Sequence record: MW384823.1
Length of the DNA stretch: 64,000 nucleotides
Reading direction: 5' to 3' (one strand)
Shown: positions 48,405 through 58,925 of the stretch, in pieces
Layout: each line of letters opens with the position of its first letter
How positions within the stretch are numbered: position 1 is the stretch's first letter
Made by a program: the position numbers and the translations under genes
The notes under the pieces: model-generated
The model's database searches: none
What the model was told of the DNA's origin: nothing
What the model saw: the letters and a program-made list of their open reading frames with translations, nothing else

Positions 48405-49280
48405 TTAGGCCAGCTGGTTCGCTTTCTGTTCTTCGGAAACAGAGTTGAAACCACCCGCAGTCGCTTGGACATCCGGGTTGATACCATCGTACTGCTGAGA
48501 CGGAGTCAGCCACAGCTTACGCGTCATAGGACGCAGGCCGTAGAGCTTCATACGTTCCAGTTCAGACTGAGCGGCCTGCATCGGACCCCAACCCGTCCAT
48601 TGCTGGCTGGTGAAGGTGATGGACAGTTCGTTCGTCTGAGGACCGGCGTTCGGATCACGCTCACCGGTATCCTGACCCGCAGTTTCAGGGATCATGTTGG
48701 TCAGCCACCAAGCGTTCTGCGCTTTACGCTGATACGCATCCGGCTCAATGTACAGCACAGTGAGACTATACATATCCGGCAGGTGGTCTGGCACGTTCGG
48801 GTTGATTGCCACAATACCCGGATGACCGGTTTGTGGGTCACAGATCCCGTAGACCAGCCACGCAGCCAGCATGTTCTGGAACACTTTACCGTACTTATCA
48901 GGACTGGTGTGGGTCACAGAGGACTGTGCTTCCGTTACCAGACCGGCTTCGTACTGAATACGGTTGTTACGACCCTGTTGGGTCTGAACCGCTTCGTGGC
49001 TCAGTGTTTTATCCAGACCGGTGATGGTGGTGTGGACTTCGATGAAGGACTTAATAGCCTGACGCCACAGGGACGGGTTCGGCATGTAGTCCACCCAGCG
49101 CGGGAATTCCATGACGCGCGCGATAACATTACGACGCAGGCGGTGGGCGTTCGTGACGAACTTACCGACCTGTCCGACCGGGCCGTTCTGGCCCGATGCG
49201 AATGGGTTAACCATGTCGTAAGTACCACCGTCAAAGTGGAACCCCTGGTTGGGTTGAATCAAACGATCTTTGATAGCCAT
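48405..49280 (-). CDS. Major tail tube protein (phiKZ gp30-like)
   Basis: 291 aa directly downstream of the sheath gene; NELSITFT...W strand typical of tube proteins. Confidence 0.8.
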   Translation of the reverse strand: MAIKDRLIQPNQGFHFDGGTYDMVNPFASGQNGPVGQVGKFVTNAHRLRRNVIARVMEFPRWVDYMPNPSLWRQAIKSFIEVHTTITGLDKTLSHEAVQTQQGRNNRIQYEAGLVTEAQSSVTHTSPDKYGKVFQNMLAAWLVYGICDPQTGHPGIVAINPNVPDHLPDMYSLTVLYIEPDAYQRKAQNAWWLTNMIPETAGQDTGERDPNAGPQTNELSITFTSQQWTGWGPMQAAQSELERMKLYGLRPMTRKLWLTPSQQYDGINPDVQATAGGFNSVSEEQKANQLA

Positions 49281-49283
49281 TTA

Positions 49284-51326
49284 TCAGCTCTCCCGACGGT
49301 AGACTTTGATAGTGGTGTTGACCTGAGTCAGCAGCACGCCACCGTAAGCAAGCAGATCCAGCGTTACAGAGTAACCGTTCGATTTGTCTTCTGCGGTGAA
49401 GTACGCTTTCGGTACAATATCCGCGATACCGTCCAGACGACCTTCCAACGCTTCGATGATCTTATCTTCCAGCATCTTCGCGCGTTCCGCATCGGTCATG
49501 CGGTCTTCACCGGACATTGCCGCCCACACACGGTCAGAGACACGGTAGACGTAAGCCATGATGAAGTTGAACATCGCGTTGTTCAGGACAGATCGTTCTT
49601 CGTTGTAGATGGACTGAATCGCCGGGATGAAGTCACGGTAGTAGTCGTAGCTACGCGCAGTGATCAGGGACACGTCCCAGTCAGAAGCGTACACGTCCAT
49701 ACCTTTCCACGGCATACTCAGGTCGGTCAGGTCGGTGATAATGGTGAGTTCGCCACGACCGAAACGTTTCTCCGGTTTAGCGTAACCATTGCCTGCACCC
49801 AGATACTGCGAGAACATGTTCGCCAGGGTGTAGTTCATCGGCACCGGCTTCTTGTAAGAGGAGCCGCGGATGAATGCAGATTGACCGGTGACCATACCAC
49901 GCGCTGCTGGGGTACCGTATTTCACGGACTCCGGCACGGAGGTGATCATCTCAATCAGGGCCACCTTCGCACTCTCCTCCGTTTGGAGGTCGTTGCGGCC
50001 TTCGTTATAAACGTGGGTCGCCAGAGTGAGGAAGGTATTGCGTGACTTACCGATAAAGTTCACACAAGCCGATTTGGTGTCGAAGCTGAAACCGGAGTCC
50101 CAGAAACAACCCAGTGAGTATTTCAGTTCGTTGTCATAACGAACTTGGCCACGGTCGGGGAACAGCAGCATTTCACGACGAACGAGTTCATCGTACGCAT
50201 CGTTACCCATCGTGCCATCGGAACCGCCTTGCAGGAAGTGAATGTTGCTGCTGCCGAAGACCGCTTTACCGGTTTCCGTGGCAGGGTTCACTTGCAGACC
50301 GTCGTACGGCTGGCCAATCAGATCCAGACCACCGAAGATATCAATGAGATATTTATCGGTAGGTGCGTTCGTCATGCTACCCGCAGCCAGGTCAAGCACC
50401 GCTTCAAGTTGGTCATGATAAACGTGGAACGTTTTGAACGGACCGTAATTTGGCAGCTCGCCAACATCCGGGCTAACCTTACGGTAAGCATCGGCAACAA
50501 CCACTTCGAAGTCCAGCTGCGTTCTCATCGGCTGATAGTATGCGTCAGGTAAGAAACTGAAGTTCACACTTGACATACTGTTCAGGGTCTTCCAGATGAC
50601 CGCAGACGAGACTCCCGCCAGTGTTTCAAACCACTGGAGGTTGTAAACACGTCCACCGACTTTCGTCTGGTAGGCCGAACCCAGCGCCGGAGAGGATTTC
50701 TCACTCAACGGTACCAGTTTGAAACCGAAGCCGTTCGCATCAGCACCCGCGTAAGGCGCTTCAATATCGAACAGTGGGTACATCTTCGACTTCGCGCCGC
50801 CTTCACCGGTCAGTGTACCGTCGATAGGTACCGCAGCGCCGATGGCAGGACTGTTGCTGTCGATAACCACGCTGCGCAGTACGATGAGCAGGCCATCAAC
50901 CTGAGCTTCGACTTTCGCTTTACCGGTGTTATCGTACTGCACGGTGCCGCCCGCATCACGCACGTACTTCGGCACTTTCGTGGCGATTACGTCAGCGTAG
51001 AAACGGATGGTGGCCGTTTTCGCATCATCAGGGATAAGACGCTGATACATCCCCTCGTTGGCGTTGGCATTGAACATCGCTTGGTACGGTGTGTTGAACG
51101 TCGCGTATGGGCCGCGGAGATCGAAGATGCCTCGGCCCATTAAGTCGAGGGCATTGTCGCCACTCAACGGGAACGCTTCGTCACCAACGCCGCGTGCGCC
51201 AAAGGTGAAGATCAGCGGCTTATGAATCGGGTCACCCGTAGGTGCCCTCACAAGGGCGGGTACGGAAATGTCTTCCATCCCTTCCTTGTAGTTCACGGGC
51301 GCGCCGTTACGTGGAATATAGCTCAT
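49284..51326 (-). CDS. Major tail sheath protein (phiKZ gp29-like)
   Basis: 680 aa with FLQGGSDG, FWDSGF and a C-terminal sheath-like domain; precedes the tube gene. Confidence 0.88.
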   Translation of the reverse strand: MSYIPRNGAPVNYKEGMEDISVPALVRAPTGDPIHKPLIFTFGARGVGDEAFPLSGDNALDLMGRGIFDLRGPYATFNTPYQAMFNANANEGMYQRLIPDDAKTATIRFYADVIATKVPKYVRDAGGTVQYDNTGKAKVEAQVDGLLIVLRSVVIDSNSPAIGAAVPIDGTLTGEGGAKSKMYPLFDIEAPYAGADANGFGFKLVPLSEKSSPALGSAYQTKVGGRVYNLQWFETLAGVSSAVIWKTLNSMSSVNFSFLPDAYYQPMRTQLDFEVVVADAYRKVSPDVGELPNYGPFKTFHVYHDQLEAVLDLAAGSMTNAPTDKYLIDIFGGLDLIGQPYDGLQVNPATETGKAVFGSSNIHFLQGGSDGTMGNDAYDELVRREMLLFPDRGQVRYDNELKYSLGCFWDSGFSFDTKSACVNFIGKSRNTFLTLATHVYNEGRNDLQTEESAKVALIEMITSVPESVKYGTPAARGMVTGQSAFIRGSSYKKPVPMNYTLANMFSQYLGAGNGYAKPEKRFGRGELTIITDLTDLSMPWKGMDVYASDWDVSLITARSYDYYRDFIPAIQSIYNEERSVLNNAMFNFIMAYVYRVSDRVWAAMSGEDRMTDAERAKMLEDKIIEALEGRLDGIADIVPKAYFTAEDKSNGYSVTLDLLAYGGVLLTQVNTTIKVYRRES

Positions 51327-51384
51327 GGAACATCTCCATAAATTCGTCTTTTAAGACCAAACGGTCATACTAAGGTATCAACTC

Positions 51385-52293
51385 ATGGCACTTGAAAACG
51401 CTTACACAGGCAACGTCTTCCGTAGCTTTGACCTGAATTCACTCGCGGCCAGCATTGAACTGGCACGTAAACTCAACCAAACTGTCGCGCAATCTGACGA
51501 GGTTCACTACGTTGTTGAGACAGCCGATGTAAAATCGTTTCCTTTACCGATTGTTATCGGCGACGACGTGTATGTAGATGCACGCACGTTTACCTCATTG
51601 GACAGAAACAATGAGCTAAAAATTCGAAACCCAATCGAACACGCATTGCGTCTCGATCAGGCTCGTTGGGAATTAGTGTGGAAACGAAACAATAGTCGGC
51701 TCGGTGCTTTGATGGCACAGCTTCCATACCACCATGAGATTTATAGCAAATGGGTAGGCGATGCGATTACGCATGCTTACGCACTCACTCCATATCAAAG
51801 CGGGCAAATCCGTGCGGCGGCTGCTTTGTTCTCTGTGGGCCAGTTCTACAACAACTTCGAAGACGAGATGAAGATGCTGCGTTTGCAGCAGGAATTGTCC
51901 CGTCAACTCGGCACGCCGTTTGAGATGTTCGAAGCGATTACCGGCCACACCGACTACCTCTTCCCACGTAATGTCGAAGAGTTCGTTGAGATGGTGAAAC
52001 TGGCCGACATCACACCGCGTCTGAACGACTTTAGCGTGTTGGCGTTGCAGCAAATGCTGAACACCAGTTTCTTCGGGGTTAGCTATGAGAAGCAGTTGTG
52101 TACCAGTGCGCTGGAATACCCGCCTTCTCTGCTGGTCATGACGCGTGCTGCCCTTGAGAACAACATGTTCAACCGTTCTCGTCTGGGTGGCACGATTAAG
52201 AAGTCTGACACCGCGAAGAAGAAAGACAAGTTCTTGTTCACGTACGAACTCATCATGAACCAGAACACCAAACCCACTAACATCAAAGGTTAA
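51385..52293 (+). CDS. Probable virion structural protein (phiKZ gp28-like position)
   Basis: 302 aa; divergent from the sheath gene; synteny. Confidence 0.6.
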   Translation: MALENAYTGNVFRSFDLNSLAASIELARKLNQTVAQSDEVHYVVETADVKSFPLPIVIGDDVYVDARTFTSLDRNNELKIRNPIEHALRLDQARWELVWKRNNSRLGALMAQLPYHHEIYSKWVGDAITHAYALTPYQSGQIRAAAALFSVGQFYNNFEDEMKMLRLQQELSRQLGTPFEMFEAITGHTDYLFPRNVEEFVEMVKLADITPRLNDFSVLALQQMLNTSFFGVSYEKQLCTSALEYPPSLLVMTRAALENNMFNRSRLGGTIKKSDTAKKKDKFLFTYELIMNQNTKPTNIKG

Positions 52294-52304
52294 GAGGTTC
52301 CATT

Positions 52305-54830
52305 ATGGAGAACTGGCTGGTCGCCCACGCGGTTGACAACGCTTGGCAGCGTCCGAACCTTGATCGGGCACTGATTATTGAACCGTATCGTATCACGCCA
52401 AAAACCGGCGCGACCGGCTTTGTCCGTAACGGGCCTGTGTCTGTATCTTTACCTGACACAGGTTGGTGGCACGCATACGTGGTGGATAAACTCCACATGA
52501 ACTGGGGGAACCTCAACATTCCCCCGAACCGTTGGAAACGGGTATCCGCTTGCGTGAATGCGTTCAGTACCTTCATGCAGCTGTACAATGAGAACGGCAG
52601 AACGTTCCCGGTAACAAACGCCTTTGTAATGCGACGCGATACCGGGGAGATCCTGCTGGCGATTCCGCAGACTGACCGCTACAAGTGGTTGGACACCGAC
52701 GACATTTATTGGCGCATCTTCCCCGGCTACACCGGGACGATTGTCGCGAATCAGGTGCACCCGACATTTGTCGAGTTCTTTGAAACGCCCAATGCCAACA
52801 AAATCAAAGATGCGGTAGACCGCTATAACACACTGGTCGGGCAGAACAACGGCTACGTGAGTTTCTGGGTCAACGGTTCGTTGGTTATCAACCCAACTCC
52901 GGCGGACATTTCGACATGGGACGATGTCGAGATTGTGGTAGATGGGCGGGGGATTCGTGTGGTCGATTTCCGTTGTGGGGATTTGCCGACCTTCCAGTCA
53001 ACGCTGGATGGGAAACGTAAATACCTGCTGCACTTCCCGAAAACAGCGGACATGGTGTGGATCTTCAACAACGACGTTGAGATTCAAATCCTGAATGGTC
53101 GTGAGGGGCGTTACTACCACCGTCATCGTCATCTGGCAATTCGTCAGGTGACCTTCAACGACATCAGCATCCCAACGGATCGGTTAAGCCAACTGCGTAA
53201 CGCGTTCAGTAAGCCGATTACCGATTTGGATGATGTGGTTATCCGTGTGGTTATCCGTGAGGACTACCTTGCGATGGCTCCGTTGTTCAATGCCAGTCAC
53301 ATTCACGACCTGTACAAGATGCCCGACAACGACATCATTGCAGCGATGGTGGGTGCGAACGCTACTGTGCCGGAGTGGACGGCGAAGGTGTTGGAAGATG
53401 CCGCCTTCAATAAGGTTGCCGCAGCGAAGATGTCCAACATCACCCGCGATTTGGCCACCGCGGCGTACGGGTACAATGCGGTAACGCGCTATGCCGCCGA
53501 CACGCCACAGAAGTTGGTATTGGACAATGGGAAATGGACAACCACGTTACCCGACCTGTTGGCCACACGTTCAGCGGTGTATGAATACGACGCGACTGGA
53601 CAACTGCTCGGCTGTTATCCGAACCGCAACGCAGCAGTCTACACGGCGAAGAACGCTACCGCACGCTACATCGAGGGGATTGCCGGTGATGTCGATACGG
53701 CGATGAACATCACGGACAACGCGCCCGATTTCTCAATTGCAGAAGGAGAAAACGTTGCACTGTGGATTCGTAAGGTGGTCAGTGGTGTCGGTACCAACGA
53801 GTACACCGAAGCCGTAGAAGGGACGGACTACAAACGGGAAGGCAACGCCATTCGTTGGAACGTTGACCGGACACGTCGTTGGCCAACCGTGGTGCGCGAT
53901 GACCGCCACCTGTTCTTCAGCCAGACCGTGAAGGTCAAAGAAGGGCAACTGCGTATCCCGATTCTGGGACGTTCAAACAGTGAGGCGATTCGCACGCTGT
54001 GGACACCGATGGAAACGGTGGAAGTTTGGTTAAACAAACGCCCACTGGTCTTTGGGATTGACTATGTCGTTGTCTGGCCAGAGATCGTGATTGTTTGTAA
54101 GGTCTGGGCCAGTGATACCGACGAGAACGTGGTGGATGTTCGTGCGCGTGGCGTGACCGGTAAACTGCATGTGCCGAAGACCGGGTTTGTCTCCAGCGGA
54201 TTGCTGTCTAACAACAGTCACTTCGACGTGCGTGATGACAAAGTCATTCGCATCGTGGCCGGGGGTCGCATCCTGACCCGCAACGAAGTGGTCTTCCGTG
54301 AAGACAACACGGTGGGTACCGATATCGTGCCGGACGGCTTCCCCTTCTCAGTGGATGACCCGACTGTACCTCTGCGGACACTCATCTCTGGGGACACGTA
54401 CGCGTTACGTGACGTATCACGCGACATCGATGCACGTACAGAGGATTATCTGTCGGCTTGGTATCCAACCCCGCCACCGGTCAATCCGGTACCGTTGAAA
54501 AGCTGGTATCATCTCTACAGCCCACTGTTGAACAAAGTGCTGTGGGATTACAAGCAAGGGTACCTCCATTTGGTAGAAGACGATCCTGAATATCGGATTT
54601 CGACTTCACAGCTGGACATCGTCATGGAGGGTTATCTTGACCTGCTGAACTTTGACCCGGCATTCATTGGCTACGATAAAGCCTTTGTGCGTGTGCACCC
54701 GCATTCGCAATACCAGGTTGTAGAGGTTGATGAATTGGGCTTTGCTTTCATGGACCGTGTGAATCAACGGTATCTGAAAGGTGAGGTGCAACTTAACCAG
54801 TATCTGAAAATCAAAGGTTCTAAAGCATGA
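52305..54830 (+). CDS. Virion structural protein (phiKZ gp27-like position)
   Basis: 841 aa; begins MENWLVAHAVDNAWQRP; synteny with the sheath and terminase genes. Confidence 0.7.
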   Translation: MENWLVAHAVDNAWQRPNLDRALIIEPYRITPKTGATGFVRNGPVSVSLPDTGWWHAYVVDKLHMNWGNLNIPPNRWKRVSACVNAFSTFMQLYNENGRTFPVTNAFVMRRDTGEILLAIPQTDRYKWLDTDDIYWRIFPGYTGTIVANQVHPTFVEFFETPNANKIKDAVDRYNTLVGQNNGYVSFWVNGSLVINPTPADISTWDDVEIVVDGRGIRVVDFRCGDLPTFQSTLDGKRKYLLHFPKTADMVWIFNNDVEIQILNGREGRYYHRHRHLAIRQVTFNDISIPTDRLSQLRNAFSKPITDLDDVVIRVVIREDYLAMAPLFNASHIHDLYKMPDNDIIAAMVGANATVPEWTAKVLEDAAFNKVAAAKMSNITRDLATAAYGYNAVTRYAADTPQKLVLDNGKWTTTLPDLLATRSAVYEYDATGQLLGCYPNRNAAVYTAKNATARYIEGIAGDVDTAMNITDNAPDFSIAEGENVALWIRKVVSGVGTNEYTEAVEGTDYKREGNAIRWNVDRTRRWPTVVRDDRHLFFSQTVKVKEGQLRIPILGRSNSEAIRTLWTPMETVEVWLNKRPLVFGIDYVVVWPEIVIVCKVWASDTDENVVDVRARGVTGKLHVPKTGFVSSGLLSNNSHFDVRDDKVIRIVAGGRILTRNEVVFREDNTVGTDIVPDGFPFSVDDPTVPLRTLISGDTYALRDVSRDIDARTEDYLSAWYPTPPPVNPVPLKSWYHLYSPLLNKVLWDYKQGYLHLVEDDPEYRISTSQLDIVMEGYLDLLNFDPAFIGYDKAFVRVHPHSQYQVVEVDELGFAFMDRVNQRYLKGEVQLNQYLKIKGSKA

Positions 54831-56467
54831 CCACTTTATTGACTGATCTTATCGACAAAGACCGCGGCTTTCGCGTCTGGGGAGAAAACGACCTCTACGA
54901 CGAAAAGACTGGCACCGGTTTTGTCCCCAATCCGAAAGACTGGATTGTGCACGACGACAACATTGTTGAGCGTGTCTTAACAGTGAACTACGCAACCCCG
55001 TCCTGGACGGTGGAAGTGATCAACGCCATTCCGGTGAAGAACACGGACAAGATTAACGGTGGACATTACCCCCTCCGTTCTGACAAGTACCGCATCTACT
55101 TCGACACCACGAAGAACCCTGCGACCATGGTGGTGGATAACAACATCACGTTCAACGGGCCAGATGTGGACGGGATTCGTATCTTCCGTGGGACGGACAT
55201 TTCGGACAACGGGGAGATTCTGTCGGGTTTCTACAAAAACGGACGCCTTGACAAGAACTACCTGCCGATGCAGACCATCTCCAAAGACGGTGTGGACACC
55301 GTGGTCAAATCACCGTTACCGGGAAGTTTGTTAGCACCGGTAGAACACGGTGAGTCGTTCAGCTACGTCGTCTATGCTGACTCCGGGGACATCATCGAAA
55401 TCGGTACCGGGTACTTCATCAAGACCAACCTCGTCATGCCGCAAGACACGGCGAGTCGTCAGGTGCTCGATATCAAACTGGTCTCGCCGTTCATCGTGGA
55501 TGACAACGGTACGGTACTGACGTTGCCGATTAACATCCCGCTGGACTCTATCCCGCTGTCGGTTGTGGTGAAATACTCCGACGGTGAGAAGAAGATGAAC
55601 ATCGACGGTTCCCGTGTCATCCTGAACGGGATTCGTAACGCCGGTTCCCACGACACCTATTACCTCTCCACCAACGCCGGTAACGAGCTGCCACTGACGC
55701 TCAGCTACCTGTTGGCCAAGGGGGAAACGTACCTTGGGGAAAACCTCATCAACGGGACAATCTTCAAAGATTACACCGCGGTGACGGAAACGGTGGACGG
55801 GGCGTACTCGATGAAACTGTTTGTGGTGCCGAAGTGGCTCAATGCCAACCAAGGTTACCGCCTCCAGTATTACCTGTACAACTTGACCCGTGGTCAGGTT
55901 TACGACGCGACGGCTGCGTGTACGTTGACGGGCGGTCAGGCGTTTGACCCAATGCTGTACGGGGTTAAGCAACGTCTGAATGTCCAGTGTGATATTTCCA
56001 AAGTGGATGCGAAGTTCCGTGCGTTTATTCAGGCACAGTCCTTCTCCATCACGCTGGTCAATCCGGGTACAGAACTGAACACCAACTACTTCCTCGAGTA
56101 TCTGCCCGATGGGCTGAAATACGGTGAAGGGATTTGGGCTACGTTCAAATACTCGAACGTCAACTACTCGGAAATCGATGTGCGTTGTGGTAAGGCGACG
56201 AAAGCCGAATGGCTGGCGGCGCTCTACGACCCATCGTACCCGCTGTACGATCGCCGTAACGAGTCCGGGCCACTGGAGCCGACCCACTTCGAAATCCACG
56301 TCGGTGGTCAAGTGGTGACCGCAGCGGTGGACGACTGGATGAGTGCCAAGGTGGTGAACTACAAAGTGGGGCTTGACGATACGCTGGTGATTCGCTGGTT
56401 ACGCCGTACTCCAACGGACACCCTGCAACTCGCTTGCTCACCGATGTTGGCACACAACATCAGCTAA
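54827..56467 (+). CDS. Virion structural protein (phiKZ gp26-like position)
   Basis: 546 aa; beta-rich; ATGA overlap; directly before the terminase gene. Confidence 0.7.
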   Translation: MTTLLTDLIDKDRGFRVWGENDLYDEKTGTGFVPNPKDWIVHDDNIVERVLTVNYATPSWTVEVINAIPVKNTDKINGGHYPLRSDKYRIYFDTTKNPATMVVDNNITFNGPDVDGIRIFRGTDISDNGEILSGFYKNGRLDKNYLPMQTISKDGVDTVVKSPLPGSLLAPVEHGESFSYVVYADSGDIIEIGTGYFIKTNLVMPQDTASRQVLDIKLVSPFIVDDNGTVLTLPINIPLDSIPLSVVVKYSDGEKKMNIDGSRVILNGIRNAGSHDTYYLSTNAGNELPLTLSYLLAKGETYLGENLINGTIFKDYTAVTETVDGAYSMKLFVVPKWLNANQGYRLQYYLYNLTRGQVYDATAACTLTGGQAFDPMLYGVKQRLNVQCDISKVDAKFRAFIQAQSFSITLVNPGTELNTNYFLEYLPDGLKYGEGIWATFKYSNVNYSEIDVRCGKATKAEWLAALYDPSYPLYDRRNESGPLEPTHFEIHVGGQVVTAAVDDWMSAKVVNYKVGLDDTLVIRWLRRTPTDTLQLACSPMLAHNIS

Positions 56468-56473
56468 CACCTT

Positions 56474-56497
56474 CCTCCTCCCCGCTTGGGGAGGAGG
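56474..56497 (+). other. GC-rich hairpin directly before the terL RBS
   Basis: CCTCCTCCCC-GCTT-GGGGAGGAGG, perfect 10 bp stem, no U-tract. Confidence 0.75.
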
Positions 56498-56509
56498 CTA
56501 GGAGGAACC

Positions 56510-58621
56510 ATGATATTACGTGAACGTGATTGGGGTTTCTATCCGGGCGCTTTGGCGGATGATACCACCAAGAACAAACACTTTATGTATTTCGCCGATA
56601 CCTTAAAAGGGCTCGGTGTAAAGCACTGGTATTTGCATCTTGCACTTCTCGACCCGGAACTGCAAGGTGTTGATCCGCACGATCCACACCTGACTGTTGA
56701 ACAACAGGCGCGTGTGATTGCAGAATGTGCACGTAACCCATGGTACTATATCCGTGAATGCCTGCGCGTTCCTGCGGATGGTACTGACGGCGTACCCTTT
56801 AAGATTGACCGCGGTAACTTTGCGATGTTTTGGATCTTCTTCAACAACATCGACGTGGCCATCGAATTCCTTCGTCAGCACGGTAAGACCGTAGGGATGT
56901 GTTCGCTCCTGAGTTGGCTGCTGCGTTTCCTTGAGAAGTCGCGTACGATTCTGGTCACCAAAGGGCCAGTCCTGCGTGAGGAAACTATCACCAAACTGAA
57001 AGAGCTGCGCAACTGCCTGCCGAAATACCTGTGGCCTATCCACCCGGATGACCCTGACAACAAAGAAGCCTTTGCGTGTATGGCGCAAGGTAACAAACTG
57101 ATTACTGCGATTGGTCAGAACGATGAGCAATCCGCAAACGGTGTGGGTCGTGGTTTAACCGCCGGTCGTCTGTTCTCGGATGAGGGCCCCTTCACCAACA
57201 ACATCCACATCATTCTTCCGGCCGCACTGGCATCCGGTACGGCTGCCCGTAACATCAACGAAGAATCCGGTGTGCCTTACGGTAACGTGTTCGCAACAAC
57301 GCCTGGCGATCTGGCGACCCCAGAAGGTCAGTACATGTACGACCTGATGACCTCTGGGATTAACTGGGATGAGCGTTACATCGACATCCCAACCCGTCAG
57401 CAGCTGATTGACCTGATTCGACACAACTCCACGTCGAAGATGCCACGTATCATGTTTTACGCGAAGTTCAACCACCGTCAACTGGGTACCTCCGATGCGA
57501 AGCTCGCAGACATGATTGCGAACGCCACGGGTAGCCCAGACCAAATCCGCCGTGACTTCGGTGGTGAATGGACAACCGGTGGTTTCAACAAACCGTTCTC
57601 CGGTGACGATGCCCGTCGCATGAACGGCTCGCGTATGCGTGCCACGTACAAAGACATCAGTCCGGCCAACTACATCACCGATTGGTATTACAGCGAAATG
57701 GAGATGGCGACGAAACTCCACGACCGCCACATCATCGGGCTGGATACGTCGGAGGCGGTAGGTCGAGATGCGATTGCGATGTCGATTGTCAACTCGGTCA
57801 CTGCGGAGTATGCCGGGAAGATGACCGTGAACGAAACCAACGTTATCGGTTTTGCCATTCACTTGGCAGACTTCATGGAACGCTTCCCGAACACGGTACT
57901 TATCCTAGAACGTAAGTCCACGGGTTCGTCGGTTGCCGATGCCATTATCCTGCAACTGCAATCGCGTGTGCGTGACTTGCACCGTCGTCTGTATGTCAGG
58001 ATAACGGATACCAACAGCCGTAACGACGATTTGTATAAGGAGTATGCTCGCGGACCGGCAGGTGGTAACGCTGAACGGTTCTGGGACAAATTCCGTAAAT
58101 ACATTGGCTTCACTACGGACGGTGATAAGCGTCGGAAATTATATGGTGAGGTCTTCACCATGGCTCTCCGTTTATCAGCACACTTGTTACGCAGTGGCGA
58201 ACTCATTGACCAAATCCTTGGTCTGGTAGAACGCAGTGGACGTATTGACCACCAGAAATCCGGTCACGATGACTTGGTCATCTCTTGGTTACTGGCAATG
58301 TGGCTGCTTTTGTTCGGTAAGAACCTGAACCACTATGGGATTACCAACAACCGGCTAATGATTCGAAATCGCAATATCCTTGTAGGTGGAGATGTTACTG
58401 GAGACGAGGACGCGATGGTTGAAGAGGAGGAGAAGCAACAGCAACTGATGGGTGAGATTGAAGAAGTGATGAAGCAAAGTGTGGGCGTGACGTGTCCTGT
58501 TCGCCAAATGACCTTGCGTAATCGCCTCCAGTCCCTTATCGCTCAACTTAACACTGATATGCGCAACGTCGCATCGATGGAAAGCTTGAAAGAGCTTATC
58601 CAACGCCAGAGGATGAAGTAA
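56510..58621 (+). CDS. terL: Terminase large subunit
   Basis: Walker A LRQHGKT, Walker B LFSDEG, coupling motif ATTP, and nuclease motifs IIGLDTSEAVGRD and GHDDLV. Confidence 0.93.
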   Translation: MILRERDWGFYPGALADDTTKNKHFMYFADTLKGLGVKHWYLHLALLDPELQGVDPHDPHLTVEQQARVIAECARNPWYYIRECLRVPADGTDGVPFKIDRGNFAMFWIFFNNIDVAIEFLRQHGKTVGMCSLLSWLLRFLEKSRTILVTKGPVLREETITKLKELRNCLPKYLWPIHPDDPDNKEAFACMAQGNKLITAIGQNDEQSANGVGRGLTAGRLFSDEGPFTNNIHIILPAALASGTAARNINEESGVPYGNVFATTPGDLATPEGQYMYDLMTSGINWDERYIDIPTRQQLIDLIRHNSTSKMPRIMFYAKFNHRQLGTSDAKLADMIANATGSPDQIRRDFGGEWTTGGFNKPFSGDDARRMNGSRMRATYKDISPANYITDWYYSEMEMATKLHDRHIIGLDTSEAVGRDAIAMSIVNSVTAEYAGKMTVNETNVIGFAIHLADFMERFPNTVLILERKSTGSSVADAIILQLQSRVRDLHRRLYVRITDTNSRNDDLYKEYARGPAGGNAERFWDKFRKYIGFTTDGDKRRKLYGEVFTMALRLSAHLLRSGELIDQILGLVERSGRIDHQKSGHDDLVISWLLAMWLLLFGKNLNHYGITNNRLMIRNRNILVGGDVTGDEDAMVEEEEKQQQLMGEIEEVMKQSVGVTCPVRQMTLRNRLQSLIAQLNTDMRNVASMESLKELIQRQRMK

Positions 58622-58848
58622 TGACTCAACTCTTTTATTTAGCGGTAGCAATCGTTTGGATCGCCATGTTTGTGTCCATACACCACATTCATGGCGTTGT
58701 TAAACAACATGCCATTCAGAACAATCTCTCCACGATGGTCTTGCTTCGATCGCAAGCCTTTGCGATTACCGGGATGATTGTACTGGGTGCCATCGCGACA
58801 TCAGGGATGCATTACGTTTATACACTACACCAACTCTCGGTTCTGTAA
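58621..58848 (+). CDS. Small membrane protein (2 predicted TM helices)
   Basis: TAATG coupling to terL; two hydrophobic stretches in 75 aa. Confidence 0.6.
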   Translation: MTQLFYLAVAIVWIAMFVSIHHIHGVVKQHAIQNNLSTMVLLRSQAFAITGMIVLGAIATSGMHYVYTLHQLSVL

Positions 58849-58865
58849 GTCCGTCTGCTGGCAAG

Positions 58866-58925
58866 ATAAAAAAGAATAGGCACCTACCCCCAAAAGGAGT
58901 AGGTGCCGTTCTTTTATTTTTTTTT
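58866..58925. terminator. Bidirectional intrinsic terminator (repeat family variant)
   Basis: GGCACCTAC...GTAGGTGCC (58879-58907) with A- and T-tracts, between convergent genes. Confidence 0.82.

Noticed and set aside
48465-50045. 526-aa plus-strand ORF
   Set aside because: It is the exact antisense of the tail tube and sheath genes, has unnatural composition and no RBS. It is best explained as a shadow ORF from codon bias.
55331-56311. 326-aa minus-strand ORF, and similar ones at 9967..10857, 39765..40505 and 41538..42260
   Set aside because: All are antisense shadows of well-supported genes and carry no motifs.
35293-58621. Inteins or introns in the RNAP subunits and terminase
   Set aside because: The reading frames are continuous with expected lengths. 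I saw no C/S...HN intein ends or LAGLIDADG motifs.
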